NCBI GenBank assembly: GCA_951406725.2
Contig: OX597834.1
Span: 38,874,001 to 38,938,000, forward strand
Source: Octopus vulgaris
Taxonomy: Eukaryota
Reading direction: 5' to 3'
Length of the DNA stretch: 64,000 nucleotides
Shown: in pieces, positions 56,780-64,000 of the stretch
How the letters are laid out: every line of letters starts with the position of its first letter
How positions within the stretch are numbered: the stretch's first letter is position 1
The notes under the pieces: generated by a model
The model's database searches: none
What the model saw: the letters and a program-made list of their open reading frames with translations, nothing else
What the model was told of the DNA's origin: nothing
Position numbers and translations under genes: made by a program

Positions 56780-57370
56780 CTGTGTTGGTACCATGTAGAA
56801 AGCACCCATGCTGATGCTACCTAAAAATGCACCCAGTACATTTTGTAAAGTGGTTGGCGTTAGTAGGGGCATTCAACTGTGAACCATACCAGAACACACA
56901 AATAAAGCTCAATGCAGCTCTCCAGCTGACCAGCTTCAATCAAACCATCCAACCCATTCCAGTATGAAAACAGACATTAAATGATGTGCCGGTGGCACAT
57001 AAAAAGCAGCATCCAAATGTGGCCGATGCCAGCACCGCCTCGACTGGCTTCTGTGCCGGTGGCACATAAAAAGCACCATCCGAACGTGGCCCATGCCAGC
57101 GCCGCCTTGGCTGGCTTCCATGCCGGTGGCACGTTAAAAGCACCAACCGATTGTGACCCATGCCGGACTCCCCTGGCACCTGTGCAGGTGGCACGTAAAA
57201 AGCACCCACTACACTCGTGGAGTGGTTGGCGTTAAGAAGGGCATCCAGCTGTAGAAACACTGCCAGATCAGACTGGAGCCTGGTGCAGCCCCTGGCTTCC
57301 CAGACCCCAGTCGAACCATCCAACCCATGCTAGCATGGAAAACGGACGTCAAACGATGATGATGATGATG
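56780..57370 (+). mobile_element. Two RTE-tailed non-autonomous elements with internal gccggtggcac.taaaaagca repeats
   Basis: ggcgtta.gaagggcatccagctgtagaa...ccaacccatgctagcatggaaaacggacgtcaaac(gat)n. Related minus-strand copies at ~61115-61250 and ~63450-63790. Confidence 0.75.
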
Positions 57371-58815
57371 TTTATTCTTTTTCTTTTCTCTTTTGCAATT
57401 TATCCTCCAATGGCAAAATCCTCATCTCAGTAGGTGTTGTTGGTTCAAAGTTTATCTCTGCTGCCCTGTTTCCTCGTCTGTTAGCATATTGCTCTACTTG
57501 TAGCTTAAATGTGATTATTACAGGTCACCTCAATACACCTGCCACAGGTAAGGAAGATAATTTGCAGGACCGAAAATGACTTGTGACACCAGGGAAGACC
57601 TCGTATGAAATGGACACATAGACTCTTCACTCTTTTACTTGTTTCTGTCATTTGACTGTGGTCATGCTGGAGCACCGCCTTTAGTCGAGCAAATCGACTT
57701 CTGGACTTATTCTTTGTAAGCCTAGTACTTATTCTATCGGTCTCTTTCGCCAAACCGACTCTCAAGTATAAAGAAGCAAAAAATTCCTGTTCATTTAAAC
57801 AGGAAAGCAACCTTTAGCAATTTCTCAATAGATGGCGCTATCGAGCTTGCGTCATTAGTAAACAAACAGCACAGCAGCAACACACAACAGAATGGAAAGG
57901 TATACATAAAATGGAGATTACAGTATGTATCTGTATGTACATCACACACACACAAGTATAAGCAAAAGGAAAGAGATATCTTGTACATATTGAAAATATG
58001 AGACAAAATACTTTAAAGATTTGAATTTTAATGGATAAAAGATATCCATGTTATGTATCATCAATATACTCATGCTTATTACATGGGCATATATGCGTGT
58101 GTATATATAATATACATATATATATAGATGTATATATTTAATGCACACACACATATATATATATAGACAGATGTATATATAAATGCATATATATATATAG
58201 AGACAGATATGATACAGAATTCCACATATATATATATATAGACAGATGTATATATAAATGCATATATATATATATATATATACACATACGATACAGGTCA
58301 AACAGGTGTTTGAGATTATAAATATATATATATATATATATATATAACAGACACACACAATCAAATGCACACACTTAAATACCTACACATAGGCAAATTT
58401 TCATAGAAACGTACAAAAAGACAATTTTCTTAAAAAAATCACCATTCTTTTAAAAACCAAAAGAATACAGAAGAGGAGTGGAGCGGGGGAGGGAAAGTGT
58501 AATTGTTGGAAGAAGAATAAATTAGAGAAAAATCAAAGAAAGTTCATCCAACAGAAGTTTTTTTTTGTTTTTTTTCTTTTTTTACCAGTTTTTGTTGCTG
58601 TTATTTAAAATCAAGATTTCGGTTCAGAAATCCACATCATAGGTATGTGTACATGCAGCGGCCTACAGTTGTTTCTCAGTCTGTGTGTGTGTTTATGCAT
58701 ATGACCCGTCCACGTTTTCTTTGTATCGTCTGACTGGATGTTTTGTTGTCCCCTTTTTGTGTCACCTGACTGTCTGGATGTTTCGCGTTCTTGTCCCATT
58801 TTTGTATTTTATTTT

Positions 58816-58886
<71 letters not shown>

Positions 58887-59058
58887 TAGGTAGATATAAG
58901 AGGGATGTCCACATAGTGGTTATCCCTCTTATATGTATGTAATATAATTTTTCTGAATCATCAGATTGTTCTATATGCTAGACCACTGTTTTTAAATTGA
59001 TATTAATCAAACTAATATTCAATTTTTAACCCTTATTATTTTAGATAGATAGATAGGG

Positions 59059-59110
<52 letters not shown>

Positions 59111-59153
59111 AGAGAGAGAGAGAGAGAGAAAAAGAAATAGATATGTGTGTGTG

Positions 59154-59206
<53 letters not shown>

Positions 59207-59931
59207 GCACACATATATGTGTATGTATGTATATATATTTCATATATAAATATAGACAGAAAGAAAGAGAGACACTTTTATATATATAAGTCAATATTTT
59301 GTATCACATTATATGTATATGAAGTGTATGGTCTTTAAATATACAGAAAATAATATTTTCCTCTGAGTGTGTATATATGTGTGTGTTTGTGTGTGTGAAT
59401 GTAATATTTGTATGTACGAAGTATGAGTGCATATGTCTAATACATACAAAAAATAAAATATTACACACAACACAAACACAACTTTTAGAAAAATAAAATC
59501 AAGTGTTGACGAGAGGCGAGGTGTGTAGGAGGAGGAGAAGCTGGTAAGGAGGGTGGTGGTGGATAAGAAATAAAAAGTGTGTAGAGAATGAGTATGTGTG
59601 TGTGCAAGTGTGTGTGTGTGTGTATGTGTCACTGGGATGAGAAATAGGTATGGGCCTTCGGGTAAGAGGAAAGGCTGGGAATATTCATCAGGTTGGTTTC
59701 GTTAGATTCCCGTTGTTCTGCTTCCTTCGAAGAACAGTGGTGAAGTAGTGGGAAAGTGGAGCCTGGTGCCTCACTAGAATCATATCAACACACAAGATGG
59801 TTCATTTTAACTGTTGCAGTTTAGTCAATAGACGATTTGATATACATGTATATATATATATACATATACACAGACATATGTATATGTATGTATGTAAGCA
59901 CACATCCCAGCACTGCTAGATTCCTTGTCCG

Positions 59932-59988
59932 CTACCGTTTGGTGGCATATTGTTCAATATAGCTCTGTACTTTACATTTGAAGGAGTC
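59932..59988 (-). CDS. UBE2F: UBE2F-like last coding exon with stop
   Basis: Long pyrimidine tract + CTGCAG acceptor. DSFKCKVQSYIEQYATKR* resembles the UBE2F C-terminus (F..KV..YI..YA). The 3' UTR continues leftward; its end was not defined. Confidence 0.92.
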   Translation of the reverse strand, partial: DSFKCKVQSYIEQYATKR

Positions 59989-60997
59989 CTGCAGATAGAG
60001 AAAGAAAAGAAGAATAAAACTGAGTGTTAGAGAGGAGAGAGACACACAGTATCCGTCTATTCGTTTGCCTCTCTGAGTAATATAAATAAGGGGTTCAAAA
60101 TTGCACAAAAAAAAAAACCCAAAAAATAAACAGGTGAGGAAACAACAAACAAGGTGTATAAGTTTGATGCTCAGGAGAAATGGAAGTGTTTGATATTTCG
60201 AGCCTATGCTCTTTTACAGAGAGAAATGACCACGGTGTGTTTGAGTGAATGAGTGTGTATGTGTGTGTATTGAATTTTGAATTAGAAGCATTTCTAATAA
60301 TGGTTTCAAATTTTTGCAACAAGGGCAGCAATTTTTGTTGCGGAAGGAATGGGTCGATGTACCAACTGGTACTTAATTTGTCGACCCCGAAAGGATGAAA
60401 GACAAAATCAACTTTGGTGAAATTTGAACTCAGAATGTAGTGATAGGAGAAATACTGCTAAGCATTTCGTCCAGTGTGCTAACGACTCTGCCAGCTCGCC
60501 ACCCCAGAAGCATCTCTAATAAGGGAAACATTACTAATATCCCATACTCAATGTGTTTTGTTTAAACGCTCACTGGAAATGGGATTTGTCCAGAGAGGAG
60601 TCCCTTTAAGACCTCAAGTGTTTTAAAAATACTGAATACATCAAACCAGAAACAAATTGCTCTGTAGGTGAATGAGAATGGTGGATATCAGTATTTCACT
60701 GTTATTGCAGTCCATCAGTACCGTATGATTGAGTCACCTTGAAACAAATTTGAATTACTTGTCTGAAGTATATATATACACAGCATAAAACCTATGAGCT
60801 GATGGGCAGCTGCACTGCAAAAGTGAAACAAAATTAAATTTTGAAAGGTTGTTCAGCAAAAGAGACTGATAGAATAAGTACTAGGCTTACAAAGAATAAG
60901 TCCTGGGGTCGATTTGCTCGACTAAAAGGCAGTGCTCCAGCATGGCCACAGTCAAATGACTGAAAAAAAAAAAACCTAGAACTCTAGGATGAAATAC

Positions 60998-61060
60998 CTT
61001 ATCTCTGGCGTAATTTTCTGCAGCTTCCACATTTAGAGGGTCATCAAAGTTCAGAAGATC
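60998..61060 (-). CDS. UBE2F: UBE2F-like penultimate coding exon
   Basis: TTTCAG acceptor and GTATTT donor. 63 nt = DLLNFDDPLNVEAAENYARDK (UBE2F DLLNFDDPLN motif). Confidence 0.95.
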
Positions 61061-61589
61061 CTGAAACATAAAACATACAGTTTTAGTAATAGTTGCTGTC
61101 AATCACATTTCTAATCCATCATCATCATTTAATGTCCATCTCCCATGCTGGCATGGTTGGAACATTTGACAGGAGCTGGTAAGTCAGAGGGCTGCCATCA
61201 AGCTCCACTGTCTGCTTTAGCATGGCTTTTATGGCTGGATGCCCTTCCTAACACCAGAGCATGGTCAAGAAGTCTGCTTTGAAACCATGTGGTCCTTTAG
61301 TCCTGTAGCATTTCAACAAGCCACATCTGGTCAAAATATTCTGCTTGTTTTATGCTCAAACTGGCCCAGATCCAGCCTCTCACACCTATCCTGCAATGTC
61401 ATTCTAAAAACATACAATCACTGAGATATAGAAGCTACAGAAGAACAATGTGTGATTAATTCAAAGCAACATGAATAAATGATCATTATGTTTGACACAA
61501 TAATAAGAAAGCTAAAGGATTAAGCTTCAATCCCATAGCATGGCACATTGGATGTCTTTCACCATAACCTCAAGTTGGTAATTGTCCTA

Positions 61590-61850
61590 AAAGTAAGTAA
61601 AGTAAAGTTACCTTCTCGAATCATACCGACTCACAAGAGCCAGTTTCCTGGTTTCCATGGCGTATAAATTCCTTACCTGAACGGGACGCTGGTCTGTCAC
61701 AGGGTTACTCGTTTTTGCCAGCTGAGTGGACTGGAGCAATGTGAAATGAAGTGTTTTGCTCAAGAAAAAAATGCATCACCCCGTCTAGGAATCGAAACCA
61801 CAATCTTACTATCATGCGACCAACACCCTAACCACTAAGCGACATGCCTC
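61590..61850 (-). mobile_element. SINE family D head with a V-domain-like alternative tail
   Basis: Same head as family D, then ccctgtgacagaccagcgtcccgttcagg (V-SINE-domain-like) and a (TTTAC)n end. Confidence 0.7.
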
Positions 61851-61964
61851 CACAATGCCTTGGGAGTGAAATCTGGTTAATGGAAACAGTACAAGAAGCC
61901 TGCCATGTTTGTGTATGTGTGCATACTTATAGATGTCTTGCAAACAACTTGCACATGCAAGTGC

Positions 61965-62365
61965 TACCAGTTAAAAGCTCCATATACCGGAAGCGAGCAA
62001 GTGTACGGGGTCATCAGGAGAGAATGCATGCCGTTTCGGGGCCTACCTCTCGACGGCATCAATGCGCACCGGCCCCCTCACTGATATGAGGCCCCGCTTG
62101 CTAGATCAGCTGGTTATGAAGAACTCAATATACTTCTAGCCATCGCTCATCGTCTCTTTTTAACCAATCCAGTGGCTAGCCTTCTCCACTGTAGATTGGA
62201 TATCAGTCATGGTGGTATTGACTTTACGATGATTTAGGCCTAGCGATAACAATAGTCGTCTCAACACTGTGTCCAACAAACCCTCTACATCCAACTTCGA
62301 TAGGAAAATGTTCCGCTTTCCAGCCTGCATCTTCACATTCCTCGAGGAGGTTTTCATAACGGTTT
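61965..62365 (-). mobile_element. 3' fragment of a HERO/NeSL-like restriction-endonuclease (RLE) non-LTR retrotransposon in a UBE2F intron
   Basis: Frameshifted remnant NRYENLLEECEDAGWKAEHFPIEVGCRGFVGHSV / RRLLLSLGL...VEKASHWI / WLKRDDERWLEVY* (62364-62125). PIEVGCRGF and EKAS.W.W.KR are typical of HERO C-termini. A structured 3' UTR follows. Confidence 0.85.
61996..62102 (-). ncRNA. Candidate hammerhead-like ribozyme with non-canonical (pseudoknotted) strand order
   Basis: CUGAUGA at 62017-62011, GAAA at 62037-62034, GUC at 62054-62052. Stem I 6 bp, stem II 6 bp, stem III 7 bp, all in correct register, plus an outer closing helix. Confidence 0.6.
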
Positions 62366-62665
62366 TACCCATGGACCCCTTTGATTGCTATTTTATTCTG
62401 GTGGACCCTCATAGCCATTCTATGTCTAAAAATCAGTCTTATAGCAATTTCTTTTAAAAATTCCTATTTTGTTTTGAACACATTCTCTTGTGTGTGTGTA
62501 TGTATATATATATATATATCACACACACAGGCACAATGATGGTTGTGTACTTAAGAAGTTCATTTTCCAACCACCTGGTTTCAGTTCCAATCCCATTGTT
62601 TGGCAATGGACAAGTGTCCTTTACTATAACCTAGGATAGAATAAAGCTCCTTTATTCTAGTAGTG

Positions 62666-62755
62666 AAGGCCAATCTCAAAACGCCGAGCCTTACAAAGGA
62701 AATGACAGAGGACCGGGATATGTGGCGCATCGCTGTATTCAAGAAGGCCTGCCCA
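62666..62755 (+). mobile_element. RTE LINE C-terminal fragment in a UBE2F intron
   Basis: KANLKTPSLTKEMTEDRDMWRIAVFKK resembles the RTE terminal DR..WR motif. Confidence 0.6.
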
Positions 62756-62871
62756 CTACAACAGAATTGAGATCTTGAAACCAAGGTGCCATGTGAAAAG
62801 TACTGGAGTGGTGGTGCCACATGAAAAAAAATGATGCTAGTCCCACATTAAAAGCACTAATTAATACTTAC

Positions 62872-62930
62872 TGAAAATAAGGAATTTAGTCCCCAAATAA
62901 CATCCTTCAGGCGTCTGGTAGGGGCCCAAC
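62872..62930 (-). CDS. UBE2F: UBE2F-like internal exon
   Basis: TAG acceptor and GTAAGT donor. 59 nt = (G)WAPTRRLKDVIWGLNSLFS, matching the UBE2F GWAPTRTLKDVVWGLNSLF segment. Frame consistent with both neighbours. Confidence 0.95.
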
Positions 62931-63077
62931 CTATGGAAGAGAAGAGTTATTATGAAAGAACCAATGGAAATGTCTTCAGCAATCATAAGTCAGATTTAAA
63001 ACAGAAGTGTTGTGATACGCATATGTGTGTGTGTGTGTGTGTGTTGAGAGAGAGAGAGAGAGGGAGGAATTACTCAC

Positions 63078-63180
63078 CCATCATATCATATGAATTTTGA
63101 CGCAATAAACTCAAGCACACCTCCCCATCTTCATCAATGTTTGGGTGCCATATACGAGTTTCACAGCGCACTTTGGGAGG
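63078..63180 (-). CDS. UBE2F: NEDD8-conjugating enzyme UBE2F-like, internal exon with HPN motif and catalytic Cys
   Basis: Pyrimidine tract + CAG acceptor and GTGAGT donor. 103 nt translating [34 protein letters not shown](G), a UBC-fold active-site segment. Phase 1 end matches the next exon. Confidence 0.95.
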
Positions 63181-63489
63181 CTGAAGAGAAAAAGAGGATA
63201 AGGTAACATGGTGGTGGTGGTGGTGGGGGGGGGGTTAAGGGGCAACAGCAGCTGAGAGATTAAGGGGAGATAATAGCTGTGAGGATAAGGAAGGTGCCTT
63301 TGACATTTTCTCCCATTCAAGGTTTGTTGTTTTTTAACCTAATATTCTATAAGCAATTGTTTATACCACTTTCTGTTTAGAATTCCACAGTTAAAAATAA
63401 TTTACTTCATATTTCTTGAAGTTTCTAAATTCTTATATTGTAAATCCTCATCATTATTATTTAACGTTCGATTTCTTTGCTGACACGAG

Positions 63490-63760
63490 TTGGACAGTTT
63501 GGCAGGAACTGCACTAGACTCTATTGTCCATTTTGGTACAGTTTCAATGGCTGGATGCCCTTCCTTATACCATCCATGGATTGGACAGTTTGGCAGGAAC
63601 TCCACTAGGCTCCATTGTCCGTTTTGGTACGGTTTCAATGGCTGGATGCCCTTCCTAATACCATCCACGGGTTGGACAGTTGGCAGGAACTGCACTAGGC
63701 TCTGTTGTCCATTTTGGTACAGTTTCAATGGCTGGATGCCGTTCCTAATCCCATCCACTT
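63490..63760. repeat. ~83-bp tandem triplication inside an RTE-tailed element
   Basis: ttggacagtttggcaggaact.cactag.ct..attgtcc.ttttggtac.gtttcaatggctggatgccc occurs three times. Confidence 0.9.
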
Positions 63761-64000
63761 TACAGAGAGTACTGGGTGCCTTTTGTGTGTTCCAGCACCA
63801 GTGCTTGTTACATGGCAACAGCACATATAAATATATGTACACACACTCACAAACACACATTGTACAAAAAAACACAAGCCCTGCACCATGCATAAACACA
63901 GGTGCTAAACAGACCACACCTACAGACTTCCACCCAATACCAAAACAGAAAGCCTCCGTTCATATGCACAAGGTACATTTATTTATGGACACCTTTGATT

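Noticed and set aside
62011-62110. Intronic C/D snoRNA or HDV-like ribozyme reading of the structured element
   Set aside because: UGAUGA lies at the 3' end rather than the 5' end, and the P3/P1.1 elements of an HDV fold are missing; the hammerhead register fits better.

Overview
Eukaryotic, AT-rich, extremely microsatellite- and SINE-dense DNA. The tRNA-headed SINE families and the repeat landscape suggest an octopod cephalopod (inference). Almost all ORFs in the supplied track are microsatellite artefacts. The only host gene I can support is the 3' part of a NEDD8-conjugating E2, UBE2F-like, on the minus strand: four GT-AG coding exons at 63078-63180, 62872-62930, 60998-61060 and 59932-59988 that splice in frame. 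Bases 1 to ~56 kb contain no recognisable host exon. That stretch holds at least four SINE families, mariner/Tc1 relics, a decayed Gypsy element, CR1, Tx1, R4-like and RTE LINE fragments, a hAT MITE, a Helitron-like element and several Penelope-type minimal hammerhead ribozymes. The most striking observation is in the 3' UTR of a HERO-like (RLE) LINE fragment inside a UBE2F intron, at 61996-62102 on the minus strand. It contains a complete hammerhead core (CUGAUGA, GAAA, GUC) with stems I, II and III in correct register, but the strands come in an order that matches none of hammerhead types I-III: the cleaved strand is nested in loop II, giving a double pseudoknot. All structures were read by eye and none was computed. 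Repeat boundaries are approximate.
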